A stretch of DNA of 17,535 bases from Haloferacaceae archaeon (lineage in GTDB: Archaea; Halobacteriota; Halobacteria; Halobacteriales; Haloferacaceae). A program made the position numbers and the translations under genes. Under the pieces are notes generated by a model. That model had not been told where the DNA came from. It saw only the letters and a list, made by a program, of their open reading frames with translations, and did no database searches. Where the stretch lies: positions 1-17,535 of the forward strand of contig JBDGQA010000078.1 of the NCBI GenBank assembly GCA_042219325.1, read 5' to 3'. Positions 1 to 7,911 of the stretch are shown here, piece by piece. Numbering within the stretch: position 1 is the stretch's first letter; each line of letters begins with the position of its first letter.

Positions 1-2
1 TC

Positions 3-1151
3 ACGGGCCAGTCCGAGCGCTCCTCGGGCGCGATGGTCCAGACCGAGCCCGTCCCGACGGACTTCATCATGGTCGCCGCCGGGAACCTCGACGCGATGGA
101 GAACATGCACCCCGCGCTCCGGTCCCGGATCAAGGGCTACGGGTACGAGGTGTACTTCGACGACACCATCGAGGACACCCCCGAGATGCGCCGGAAGTAC
201 GCCCGGTTCGTCGCCCAGGAAGTGGTCAAGGACGGCCGCCTGCCCCACTTCACCGACGACGCCGTGCGCGAGGTCATCCTCGAGGCCCAGCGCCGGGCCG
301 GCCGCAAGGGCCACCTGACACTCAAGCTCCGGAACCTCGGCGGCCTCGTCCGCGTCGCGGGCGACATGGCCCGCGCCGAGGACGCCGACCGGACGACCCG
401 CGAGCACGTCCTGCAGGCCAAGGGCCGCTCGCGCTCCATCGAGCAACAGCTGGCCGACGAGTTCATCGAGCGCCGCAAGGACTACGAACTCCAGGTCACC
501 GAGGGCCACGTCGTCGGCCGGGTCAACGGGCTCGCCGTCATGGGCGAGGACTCCGGCATCGTCCTGCCCGTGATGGCCGAGGTCACGCCGTCCCAGGGGC
601 CGGGCGAGGTCATCGCCACCGGCCAGCTGCAGGAGATGGCCGAGGAGGCCGTGCAGAACGTCTCGGCGATCATCAAGAAGTTCAGCGACGAGGACATCAC
701 CCAGAAGGACATCCACATCCAGTTCGTCCAGACCGGCCAGCAGGGCGTCGACGGCGACTCCGCGTCGATCACCGTCGCCGCGGCGGTCATCTCGGCGCTG
801 GAGAACGTGGGCGTCGACCAGAGCCTCGCCATGACCGGGTCGCTCTCGGTCCGCGGTGACGTCCTCCCCGTCGGCGGAGTCACCCACAAGATCGAGGCCG
901 CCGCGAAGTCCGGGATGGACCGGGTGATCATCCCCGCGGCCAACACCCAGGACGTGATGATCGAGGACGAGTACGAGGACATGATCGAGATCATCCCGGT
1001 CGAGCACATCAGCGAGGTGCTCGAGGTCGCCCTGGAGGGCGAACCCGAGACCGACTCGCTCGTGGACCGGCTCAAGCAGATCACCGGCTCCGCGCTGGAG
1101 GGCGGTCAGGGCAAGGGGACCCGCGGCCCGAGCAGCCCCAGCCCCCAGTAG
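3..1151 (+). CDS. lonB: Archaeal membrane-bound ATP-dependent Lon protease (LonB), 3' portion; the 5' end lies beyond the window start
   Basis: The frame is open from nt 3, with no stop before the track's Met at 33. The proteolytic domain carries the Ser–Lys dyad context '[18 protein letters not shown]' and '...[11 protein letters not shown]'. The region preceding it matches the LonB AAA+ to protease linker. The stop codon is TAG 1149-1151. Confidence 0.9.
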   Translation, partial: TGQSERSSGAMVQTEPVPTDFIMVAAGNLDAMENMHPALRSRIKGYGYEVYFDDTIEDTPEMRRKYARFVAQEVVKDGRLPHFTDDAVREVILEAQRRAGRKGHLTLKLRNLGGLVRVAGDMARAEDADRTTREHVLQAKGRSRSIEQQLADEFIERRKDYELQVTEGHVVGRVNGLAVMGEDSGIVLPVMAEVTPSQGPGEVIATGQLQEMAEEAVQNVSAIIKKFSDEDITQKDIHIQFVQTGQQGVDGDSASITVAAAVISALENVGVDQSLAMTGSLSVRGDVLPVGGVTHKIEAAAKSGMDRVIIPAANTQDVMIEDEYEDMIEIIPVEHISEVLEVALEGEPETDSLVDRLKQITGSALEGGQGKGTRGPSSPSPQ

Positions 1152-1153
1152 CC

Positions 1154-2134
1154 GTGACGAACTGGCCGGCCTTCGCCGGGTTCACCGGCGTCGTGCTGGC
1201 CGTCCTTCTCGTTCTCGCGCGGCTGTCACAGGCGGCGCTCGACGACACTGCCCTCGACAGCGACGGTGCCGTACGGACGCCCAACGGCGACTCGGTTGCC
1301 CCCGAGGCCGACGCGGACCGGCCGGCGGACGGCCACCACGCGGAGCGCACCGCCGACGCCGGGGACGCCGCGCCGGCACCCTTCGATCACGACGTCCTCC
1401 CCGAGCAGCCCGCCGGTCCCGAGGAGACGGCCGGCGCGAACGAACCGGGCGCCGACCGCGAGCGCGAGGAGTCGGTCGTGGTGCCGACGGCGCCCGGATC
1501 GCGGGCGACGCCGGACGAGGCGACCCTCTCGACGGCGGTCCTGCTCGCCAACGTCGCCGTCTCGCAGGGGCTGCTCGGGACGCTCCTGCTCGCCGGCGCG
1601 TGGTACACGGGAGTGCCGCTCGCGGCGCTCGGGGCGGGACCGTCGGGGGTCACCCCCGTCGCGGCGGCGGTCGGAATCGGCCTCGGCGCGGCGCTATACG
1701 TCGCCAACGAGGCCGGGGCGGCGGTCGGGCGGCACGTCGGCCTCGGGGGCGGCGAGGAACTGCGGGAGGCGCTGGCGCCGGAGACGGCCGGCGGGTGGGT
1801 CGCGCTCCTGTTCGGGGTGTTGCCGATCATCGCCGGCTTCGAGGAACTGCTCTTTCGCGGCGCGCTGATCGGGGCGATGAGCGCGGGCTTTGGCCTCTCG
1901 CCCTGGCCGCTCGCAGTCGGGTCGTCGGTGGCCTTCGCGGCCGGCCACGGCGCACAGGGCCGCGTCGGGGTGGTCGTCACCGGGGCGCTCGGGTTCGTGC
2001 TGGCCGCCGCGTTCGTCGTCACCGGCAGCCTCCTGACCGTCGTCGTGGCCCACTACCTCGTCAACGCGCTCGAGTTCCTGATCCACGAGGGGGCGGACAT
2101 CGACCCCTCCAGCGGGGAGTGGCGCCCCGGCTGA
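1154..2134 (+). CDS. abi: CPBP-family intramembrane metalloprotease (CAAX protease/Abi family). It has an N-terminal TM helix, an acidic low-complexity insert of about 110 aa, then the CPBP core
   Basis: GTG start 2 nt after the lonB stop, implying translational coupling. CPBP motifs are present: 'EELLFRG' (EExxxR), 'FAAGH' (FxxxH) and 'AHYLVNALEF' (HxxxN). There are several hydrophobic helices. Confidence 0.82.
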   Translation: MTNWPAFAGFTGVVLAVLLVLARLSQAALDDTALDSDGAVRTPNGDSVAPEADADRPADGHHAERTADAGDAAPAPFDHDVLPEQPAGPEETAGANEPGADREREESVVVPTAPGSRATPDEATLSTAVLLANVAVSQGLLGTLLLAGAWYTGVPLAALGAGPSGVTPVAAAVGIGLGAALYVANEAGAAVGRHVGLGGGEELREALAPETAGGWVALLFGVLPIIAGFEELLFRGALIGAMSAGFGLSPWPLAVGSSVAFAAGHGAQGRVGVVVTGALGFVLAAAFVVTGSLLTVVVAHYLVNALEFLIHEGADIDPSSGEWRPG

Positions 2135-2169
2135 CGACCGACTCTCAGGGCTGAGAACCGGGGGGATGA

Positions 2170-2176
2170 TTATATA
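2170..2176 (+). promoter_or_regulatory. TATA box (TTATATA) of the HalOD1 gene, at the leaderless-promoter spacing
   Basis: AT-rich heptamer in about 70% GC DNA, centred 28 nt upstream of ATG 2201. It is followed by the inverted repeat GTCAC-N4-GTGAC (2178-2191). Confidence 0.6.
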
Positions 2177-2200
2177 CGTCACCTCCGTGACTCGACGGAC

Positions 2201-2512
2201 ATGATGGCGGTCGAACCGCTCGACGACGGAATCGGCACCGAAGCGACGAGTGACGGCCCGGTCGGTCACGCCCGGGTCGGCGAGGACGCCGACCGGCCGA
2301 GCGTCGCGGTGGTCGAGGCGGTGACGCGGGCGACCGGGGAGCGCCCGGAGGCGGGGGCGCTCTACCGGGCGATCGATCCCGACGCGCTCGACGCGCTGTT
2401 CGCGGCCCGGACGGACGGGTCCGCCCGGGACGACGGAACCGTGAGCTTCGTCGTTGCGGGCTGTGTCGTCGCGGTCCACTCGGACGGGAAGGTCACCGCC
2501 GCGGTCGTCTAG
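2201..2512 (+). CDS. HalOD1 (halobacterial output domain 1) small protein
   Basis: Typical HalOD1 sequence pattern: 'PSVAVVEAVTRATGERPEAGALYRAIDPDALDALF...[25 protein letters not shown]'. A TATA box 'TTATATA' (2170-2176) is centred 28 nt upstream of the ATG. Confidence 0.75.
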   Translation: MMAVEPLDDGIGTEATSDGPVGHARVGEDADRPSVAVVEAVTRATGERPEAGALYRAIDPDALDALFAARTDGSARDDGTVSFVVAGCVVAVHSDGKVTAAVV

Positions 2513-2970
2513 GCCTCCAGGTCCCGGAGTCGCTCGGCCACGTCGGCGGGCGTCGCGCCCCGTGCCCCCTCGGCCCGGTGATCCGGCACGAAGACGGGGA
2601 CCGGGTTCTCGGCCAGCGCCGCCGTCGCCGTCTCGCGGTCGGCCGCGTCCTCGGGGTCGAGGTCGGCCATCCGCGCGACCGCCTCGACGTCGACCGTCTC
2701 TCCGTACGGAATCGTCCGGACCGCCTCCAGCACCCGGCGGCGATCGGTCGGGACCGTCAGCGCCACCTCGACGTCGGTCACGCCGACGCGCTCCCCGTCG
2801 AGATACGCGAACAGGCGGTCGAGCAGCGGATGCTCGGCGTCGGCTCCGGGCGGGACCGTTTCGGGAAAGGAGACGCTGATTGCCCGGCCGGCCGCCACGC
2901 CGACCTGTACGGCCCGGCCGAGGAACGGCGACTCGCGGGCGAACACCCCCGTGTCGTCGGTGTCGTCCAT
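2509..2970 (-). CDS. Ogt/MGMT-family (methylated-DNA–protein-cysteine methyltransferase-like) protein. The active-site Cys is replaced by Asp (PDHR instead of PCHR)
   Basis: This is the C-terminal 153 aa of track ORF 2509..4680(-), starting at ATG (revcomp of 2968-2970). It has '[23 protein letters not shown]' (the IPYGET helix-turn-helix region) and '[15 protein letters not shown]' (the NP...PCHRV motif with Cys→Asp). Its stop overlaps the HalOD1 stop in the palindrome CTAG (2509-2512). Confidence 0.7.
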   Translation of the reverse strand: MDDTDDTGVFARESPFLGRAVQVGVAAGRAISVSFPETVPPGADAEHPLLDRLFAYLDGERVGVTDVEVALTVPTDRRRVLEAVRTIPYGETVDVEAVARMADLDPEDAADRETATAALAENPVPVFVPDHRAEGARGATPADVAERLRDLEA

Positions 2971-3061
2971 ACGCCACCCACGTGGACGGGCGCCTTCAAT
3001 CCACGTCGCCGACCCGGGTGACGCAACGCTTATGTGTAGATGTGCCCGCGAGCGAACAACG

Positions 3062-3823
3062 ATGGACGCCAGCGACGAGGAACTCGCGCCGGCGGTGCGG
3101 TCGATCCTGGCGAGCGCCCGGGAGCGGGCGGGCGGCCCCGACCGCGTGACCGTCGACGCACGGTCGCTCCCGGCGGCGTTCGCGGCGGCCGAGGCCGCCG
3201 GGCGGGCACCCGTGATCGCGGAGGTGAAACCGACGAGTCCGACGACGGCCGGGAAGCGCGGCGGGGATCCCGTCGCGCTCGCCGAGTCGATGGTCGCGGG
3301 CGGGGCGGCGGCGCTCTCGGTCCTGACCGAACCCGACCACTTCGGCGGATCGCCGGACGCGCTCCGCCGGGTGCGCGAGGCCGTCGACGTGCCGGTCCTC
3401 CGGAAGGACTTCGTCCTGCGCGAGGCCCACCTCGACGAGGTGGCGGCGGACGTGATCCTGCTGATCGCCCGCTTCGTCGACGACCTCCCCGGCCTCGTGG
3501 CGGCGGCCGAGGCTCGCGGGTTCCAGGCGCTGGTCGAGGTCCACTCGCGGGCGGAACTGCGGGACGCGCTCGACGCCGGCGCGTCGATCGTGGGGGTGAA
3601 CAACCGCGACCTCGCCAGACTGGAGGTCGACCTGGGCACGTTCGAGCGGGTGGCGCCGGCCGCCCCCGACGACGTGACGCTCGTCGCCGAGAGCGGGATC
3701 GAATCCCCGGCGGACGTCCGGCGGATGCGCGCGGCGGGGGCCGACGCACTCCTGATCGGAAGCGCCATCATGGACGGGGACGTGCGTACGAACACGGAGC
3801 GGTTCACCGGAGCGACAGCATGA
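3062..3823 (+). CDS. trpC: Indole-3-glycerol-phosphate synthase
   Basis: Track ORF 2951..3823, starting from internal Met '[10 protein letters not shown]...' at 3062. The protein has a TIM-barrel IGPS pattern: '[11 protein letters not shown]', '[13 protein letters not shown]', 'PVLRKDFV', 'IVGVNNRDL', '[13 protein letters not shown]'. The weak TATA-like 'CTTATGTG' (3029-3036) is centred about 29 nt upstream. The 3' end overlaps the trpB start at ATGA (3820-3823). Confidence 0.88.
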   Translation: MDASDEELAPAVRSILASARERAGGPDRVTVDARSLPAAFAAAEAAGRAPVIAEVKPTSPTTAGKRGGDPVALAESMVAGGAAALSVLTEPDHFGGSPDALRRVREAVDVPVLRKDFVLREAHLDEVAADVILLIARFVDDLPGLVAAAEARGFQALVEVHSRAELRDALDAGASIVGVNNRDLARLEVDLGTFERVAPAAPDDVTLVAESGIESPADVRRMRAAGADALLIGSAIMDGDVRTNTERFTGATA

Positions 3824-5067
3824 GTTCGGAATCCGACGGGACGTTCGGGGAGTACGGGGGGCAGTACGTACCGGAGGCGCTGATGCCGGCCATCGAGGAG
3901 CTGGAGGACGCCTACGAGCGGTACGTGCTGAACAACGAGGACGGGTTCGTCGACGAGTTCCGCCGCCGCCTCCGGGAGTTCGGCGGTCGGCCGACGCCGA
4001 CTCAGCACGCCGAGCGGCTCTCGGAGCGGTACGACACCGAGGTGTACCTCAAGCGGGAGGACCTGCTCCACGGCGGCGCCCACAAACTCAACAACGCCCT
4101 GGGGCAGGTGCTGCTGGCGAAGTACATGGGCAAGGAGCGGGTCATCGCGGAGACGGGCGCCGGCCAGCACGGGACGGCGACGGCGATGGCCGCGGCCCAC
4201 CTCGACGTGCCCTGCGAGGTGTACATGGGCGAGCGGGACATCAACCGCCAGCGGCCCAACGTCTTCCGGATGCTGCTGAACGGGGCCGAGGTGACCCCCG
4301 TGACCGTCGGCCGCGGGACGCTGAAGGAGGCCATCAGCGAGACGATGCGCGACTGGGCGACGACGGTGGAGCACACCCACTACGTCATCGGCTCGGTGGT
4401 CGGCCCCCACCCGTTCCCGTCGATGGTGCGGGACTTCCAGGCCATCATCAGCGAGGAGGCCCGCCGGCAGATGCGCGAGCAGGGCGGCCTCCCGGACGCG
4501 GTGCTCGCCTGTGCCGGCGGCGGGTCGAACACGATGGGCGCGTTCGCGAACTTCGTCGAGGACGAGGCGGTCGCCCTCTACGCGGTGGAGGCCGGGGGCT
4601 CGTCGCTCCAGGTCGACGAGGAGGAGGGGGTCGCCCCCAACTCGGCGTCGCTCTCGACCGGCGGCGAGGGCGTCCTCCACGGCGCCCGCACCCGCGTGCT
4701 CCAGGACGCCGACGGACAGATCATGGAGTCACACAGCCTCTCCGCCGGACTCGACTACGCCGCCGTCGGCCCGGAACTCGCCCACCTCGTCGACACGGGC
4801 CGCGTGCGGGCGGTCAACGTCGACGACGACGCGGCGCTCGAGGGCTTCCACCTGCTCTCGCGGACCGAGGGCATCATCCCGGCGCTGGAGACGGCCCACG
4901 CGGTCGCGTACCTGGACCGCCACCACGACGCGCTCGGCGACCGCGTCCTCGTGAACGTCTCGGGACGGGGCGACAAGGACCTCGAATCCGTCGTCGAGGC
5001 GACGACCGAGCGTGACGTACCGAACGCGCCGGACATGGACGTCTTCGAGCGGACGGGAGGGCTCTGA
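3820..5067 (+). CDS. trpB: Tryptophan synthase beta subunit
   Basis: From the internal Met of track ORF 3040..5067: '[24 protein letters not shown]...' and '[39 protein letters not shown]' (the PLP-binding Lys region). The long N-terminal extension in the track is an Arg/Gly/Pro-rich artefact. Confidence 0.95.
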   Translation: MSSESDGTFGEYGGQYVPEALMPAIEELEDAYERYVLNNEDGFVDEFRRRLREFGGRPTPTQHAERLSERYDTEVYLKREDLLHGGAHKLNNALGQVLLAKYMGKERVIAETGAGQHGTATAMAAAHLDVPCEVYMGERDINRQRPNVFRMLLNGAEVTPVTVGRGTLKEAISETMRDWATTVEHTHYVIGSVVGPHPFPSMVRDFQAIISEEARRQMREQGGLPDAVLACAGGGSNTMGAFANFVEDEAVALYAVEAGGSSLQVDEEEGVAPNSASLSTGGEGVLHGARTRVLQDADGQIMESHSLSAGLDYAAVGPELAHLVDTGRVRAVNVDDDAALEGFHLLSRTEGIIPALETAHAVAYLDRHHDALGDRVLVNVSGRGDKDLESVVEATTERDVPNAPDMDVFERTGGL

Positions 5068-5979
5068 ATGGGCCCGGACCCGGGGGCCGGTGGCGGCGCG
5101 GCGACCAACGGCGACCTCGCGGCGGCGTTCGCCGACGAACCCGCGTTCGTCCCCTACCTCGTCGCGGGCGACCCGAGTTACGAGGCGTCGCTCTCGTACG
5201 TCGAGGCGCTCGCCCGCGGCGGCGCCGACGCCATCGAACTCGGCCTCCCCTTCTCGGAGCCCATCGCCGAGGGGCCGACCATCCAGGCGGGCATCGCCCG
5301 GGCGCTGGACGCGGGGATGACGACCGAGCGGTACTTCGAGTTCGTCGACGAACTCGACGTCGACCTGCCGGTCGTCTGCATGACCTACTACAACCTGATC
5401 TACCGGTACGGGAGCGGGGACCGGACGGCCGAGGGCGACCCCGAACCGTTCGTCCGCCGCGCGGCCGCAGTCGGAATCGACGGCTTCGTCGTGCCGGACC
5501 TGCCGGCCGAGGAGGCCGGCCCGCTCCGGGCGGCCTGCGACGAATACGGCCTCGACCTGATCTTCGTCGTCGCGCCGACGACCGGCGACGAGCGCCTCCG
5601 GGAACTCCTGCGCCTGTCGTCCGGCTACGTCTACGTGCAGGCCCGCCTGGGCGTTACCGGCGCCAAGGACGACGTCTCCGATCGGACGGCCGAGACGCTG
5701 GAGCGGATCGCAGCCGTCGAGCGCGAGGCGACCGACCGCGACCCACTCCCCAAGGCCGTCGGCTTCGGCATCAAGACCGGCGAGCACGCCGAGCGGGTCG
5801 TCACCGCCGGGGCCGACGGCGTCATCGTCGGGAGCGCGCTGGTCGACATCGTCGCGGAGGGCGAGGAACGGGGCGACCCGCCGGTGGTCGTCACCGATCG
5901 CCTGGAGTCGCTGGCCCGCGAACTCAAGGCGGGCGCGGTCCGGGGAGCGGGCATCGAGCCACCGGGGCCGGACGACTGA
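5068..5979 (+). CDS. trpA: Tryptophan synthase alpha subunit
   Basis: The ATG directly abuts the trpB stop (TGAATG). The protein has '[10 protein letters not shown]', '[17 protein letters not shown]' and '[10 protein letters not shown]'. Confidence 0.9.
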   Translation: MGPDPGAGGGAATNGDLAAAFADEPAFVPYLVAGDPSYEASLSYVEALARGGADAIELGLPFSEPIAEGPTIQAGIARALDAGMTTERYFEFVDELDVDLPVVCMTYYNLIYRYGSGDRTAEGDPEPFVRRAAAVGIDGFVVPDLPAEEAGPLRAACDEYGLDLIFVVAPTTGDERLRELLRLSSGYVYVQARLGVTGAKDDVSDRTAETLERIAAVEREATDRDPLPKAVGFGIKTGEHAERVVTAGADGVIVGSALVDIVAEGEERGDPPVVVTDRLESLARELKAGAVRGAGIEPPGPDD

Positions 5980-6073
5980 CGGAGGCGTCGCGGGACTGGA
6001 CGACCAGCGGGCACACCGCCCGTCGGGCGGCAGCCCGGCGTACCGTCCCCAATGATCGACTGGCGTGCAGGAA

Positions 6074-6087
6074 CGGAACGCGTTCCG
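6074..6087. promoter_or_regulatory. Perfect 14-bp palindrome CGGAACGCGTTCCG in the trpA–aroB' intergenic region
   Basis: It is its own reverse complement. It lies 65-78 nt upstream of the aroB' ATG and 95 nt downstream of the trpA stop. It is flanked by a further GAAC half-site (6071-6074). Confidence 0.5.
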
Positions 6088-6151
6088 GGAGCGAGTCCCC
6101 GTTGCCCCGCTTTCCGCCACGTTCAAGCCACGGGACGCGGAGTATCGGGCA

Positions 6152-7312
6152 ATGACACGGAGCGTCTGGTTGAAGGCCGACGGCGACGTCGGCGACTGGG
6201 AGCAGCGCAAGCGGCGAATCACGACCGGCCTGGAGGCCGGCGTGGACTGGGTGCTCGTCGACGCCGGCGACGTGGCGCGGGTCCGCGAACTCGGTGACGT
6301 GAACGTGGCCGCGTTCCGGTCGGACGCCGACCTCGTCACCGAGGCGGAGGAGGAGGAGGAGGCCGACGCCTACGTGGTCGGCAAGAACGGCGAGGGCGAC
6401 GGGACGGTCGAGATTCCGGAGGACTTCGCCGGCTCCGCGGACCTCTCGACGCTCCGCCGCTCTGACGACCGGGCGCAGGGCGCGTACGTCCGCATCCTCG
6501 ACGAGGAGTACGAGGGCTTCGCCGAGGCGGCCGCCCGGGAGGCCGAGTACACCATCGTCGTCGGCGAGGACTGGACGATCATCCCGCTGGAGAACCTGAT
6601 CGCGCGCATCGGCGAGGAGACCACCCTCGTCGCGGGCGTCACGACCGCCGAGGAGGCCGAGACGGCGTTCGAGACGCTGGAACTCGGTGCCGACGCCGTG
6701 CTGCTCGACTCCGACGACCCCGACGAGATCCGCGAGACCGTCGCGGTCCGGGACGCGGCCGAGCGCGAACACCTCGACCTCCAGTGGGCGGAGGTGACGG
6801 CGGTCGAACGGGCCGGCAGCGCCGACCGGGTCTGTGTCGACACCGGGTCGCTCATGCAACACGACGAGGGGATGCTCGTCGGATCGATGTCCCGGGGGCT
6901 CTTCTTCGTCCACGCCGAGACCGCCGAGTCGCCGTACGTCGCCGCGCGGCCCTTCCGCGTCAACGCCGGCGCCGTCCACGCCTACGTCCGGACCCCGGGC
7001 GGGGAGACGAAGTACCTCTCGGAGCTGGGGAGCGGCGACGAGGTGCAGATCGTCGACGTCGACGGCAACACCCGGGAGGCGGTCGTCGGGCGCGCCAAGA
7101 TCGAGAAGCGGCCGATGTTCCGCGTCGAGGCGGCCGTCGGCGACGACCGGGTCGAGACGCTGCTCCAGAACGCCGAGACCATCAAGGTCCCCACCCGCGA
7201 CGGGCGCGCCGCGGTCACGGACCTCGAAGCCGGCGACGAGGTGCTCCTCTACTACGAGGAGACCGCCCGCCACTTCGGCGAGGAAGTCGAGGAGAGCATC
7301 ATCGAGCAGTAG
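6152..7312 (+). CDS. aroB: 3-dehydroquinate synthase type II (archaeal AroB'), the ADH-dependent shikimate pathway enzyme
   Basis: From the internal Met 'MTRSVWLKADGDVG' of track ORF 6065..7312. The archaeal DHQS-II signature 'FRVNAGAVHAYV' is present. The full-length protein is 386 aa. Confidence 0.88.
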   Translation: MTRSVWLKADGDVGDWEQRKRRITTGLEAGVDWVLVDAGDVARVRELGDVNVAAFRSDADLVTEAEEEEEADAYVVGKNGEGDGTVEIPEDFAGSADLSTLRRSDDRAQGAYVRILDEEYEGFAEAAAREAEYTIVVGEDWTIIPLENLIARIGEETTLVAGVTTAEEAETAFETLELGADAVLLDSDDPDEIRETVAVRDAAEREHLDLQWAEVTAVERAGSADRVCVDTGSLMQHDEGMLVGSMSRGLFFVHAETAESPYVAARPFRVNAGAVHAYVRTPGGETKYLSELGSGDEVQIVDVDGNTREAVVGRAKIEKRPMFRVEAAVGDDRVETLLQNAETIKVPTRDGRAAVTDLEAGDEVLLYYEETARHFGEEVEESIIEQ

Positions 7313-7775
7313 GCCCGCGCCCGCCGCCGTCGGATTCGGTTCCGGATCCCTCCTCCGCCGCCACATCCGCGTCCACTCGCTCCGCGCAGTACCAGCAGAA
7401 GCCGACGGCGGGGTCGAGCGACCGACCGCAGTTGCGACACGAGCGGGCGTTCGCGGCCGACCCCGTCGGGCCGCCGGCGCCGGCATCGCCCCGTCCGTCG
7501 CCTCGTGCCGCAATCCGGGACGCGTCGGCCACGCTGAGACCGAGCAGGCCGACGAGGGGGAGCGTGACTTCGGCGGGGAGCGTCCCGAGCGTCACCGTCC
7601 GCGGGTCGGCGAGGACCGACACGAGCACCAGCCCCGTCCCGAGGACGACCGAGAACCAGGCGACTGCCCGACGCCACTCCCCGAGGTAGGCGTGGCCGGC
7701 CCCGGCGACGCCGAGGGCCGCCCCGAGCAGGCCGGCGGCCGCCGCGACCAGCGCTCGACGGCGGGCGTCAGTCAT
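7299..7775 (-). CDS. Small membrane protein with two predicted TM helices and a C-terminal C4 zinc ribbon
   Basis: This is the 3' portion of track ORF 7299..8885(-), starting at ATG (revcomp of 7773-7775). It has hydrophobic segments 'LVAAAAGLLGAALGVAGAG' and 'AVAWFSVVLGTGLVLVSVL', and the zinc ribbon 'CRNCGRSLDPAVGFCWYCAER' (CxxC-x11-CxxC). The third-codon position is GC-rich. It converges on aroB' with a 14-nt overlap. Confidence 0.55.
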   Translation of the reverse strand: MTDARRRALVAAAAGLLGAALGVAGAGHAYLGEWRRAVAWFSVVLGTGLVLVSVLADPRTVTLGTLPAEVTLPLVGLLGLSVADASRIAARGDGRGDAGAGGPTGSAANARSCRNCGRSLDPAVGFCWYCAERVDADVAAEEGSGTESDGGGRGPTAR

Positions 7776-7783
7776 CGGCTGAC

Positions 7784-7886
7784 GGGTCGGTGGCCCCGGA
7801 CGTAACGCTTGGGGTCGGTGGCCCCGGACGTAACGCCTGGGGTCGGTGGCCCCGGACGTAACGCCTGGGGTCGGTGGCGGAGGACG
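7784..7886. repeat. Tandem direct repeat: 28-bp unit GGGTCGGTGGCCCCGGACGTAACGCYTG ×3, plus a diverged partial fourth copy
   Basis: Units are at 7784-7811, 7812-7839 and 7840-7867, and are identical except for one C/T. The fourth copy (7868-7886) diverges after GGGTCGGTGGC. The array lies between the aroD stop (7912) and the ATG of the zinc-ribbon membrane gene (7775). Confidence 0.9.
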
Positions 7887-7911
7887 GAAGGACTGAACGG
7901 GGGCCGCCGGA

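Noticed and set aside
1694-2977. 427-aa minus-strand ORF overlapping the CPBP and HalOD1 genes
   Set aside because: It is extremely rich in Arg/Gly/Pro/Asp ('[24 protein letters not shown]…'), which is typical of an out-of-frame reading of GC-rich coding DNA. It overlaps two well-supported plus-strand genes.
2951-3061. Alternative upstream starts for trpC (track Met at 2951; ATG at 3032) and for aroB' (track Met at 6065)
   Set aside because: The upstream extensions are non-conserved, low-complexity (for example '[10 protein letters not shown]') and overlap the divergent MGMT-like gene or the promoter. The conserved enzyme sequences begin at 3062 and 6152, with TATA-like elements appropriately placed for 3062.
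3040-3819. 260-aa N-terminal extension of the trpB ORF in the track (3040..5067)
   Set aside because: It is Arg/Gly/Pro-rich nonsense overlapping trpC in another frame. The conserved TrpB sequence begins at the Met at 3820, which overlaps the trpC stop in the usual way.
2971-4680. Upstream 570 aa of the 723-aa minus-strand ORF 2509..4680
   Set aside because: Only the last 153 aa, from ATG 2970, look like a real protein (MGMT-like). The remainder is antisense to trpC/trpB, low-complexity, and its codon usage reflects the opposite-strand genes.
4729-7513. Long minus-strand ORFs 4729..6339 (536 aa) and 5924..7513 (529 aa), and plus-strand ORFs 6784..7689 and 6834..7805
   Set aside because: They are antisense to or out of frame with trpB, trpA and aroB'. 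The translations are low-complexity (R/G/P/A/D). Such long artefact ORFs are expected at about 70% GC.
7784-7886. Whether the 28-bp tandem repeat is a CRISPR array
   Set aside because: The units abut directly, with no unique spacers of 30-40 bp between them. There are only three full copies. There is no leader or cas context. It is a minisatellite-like tandem repeat, not a CRISPR array.
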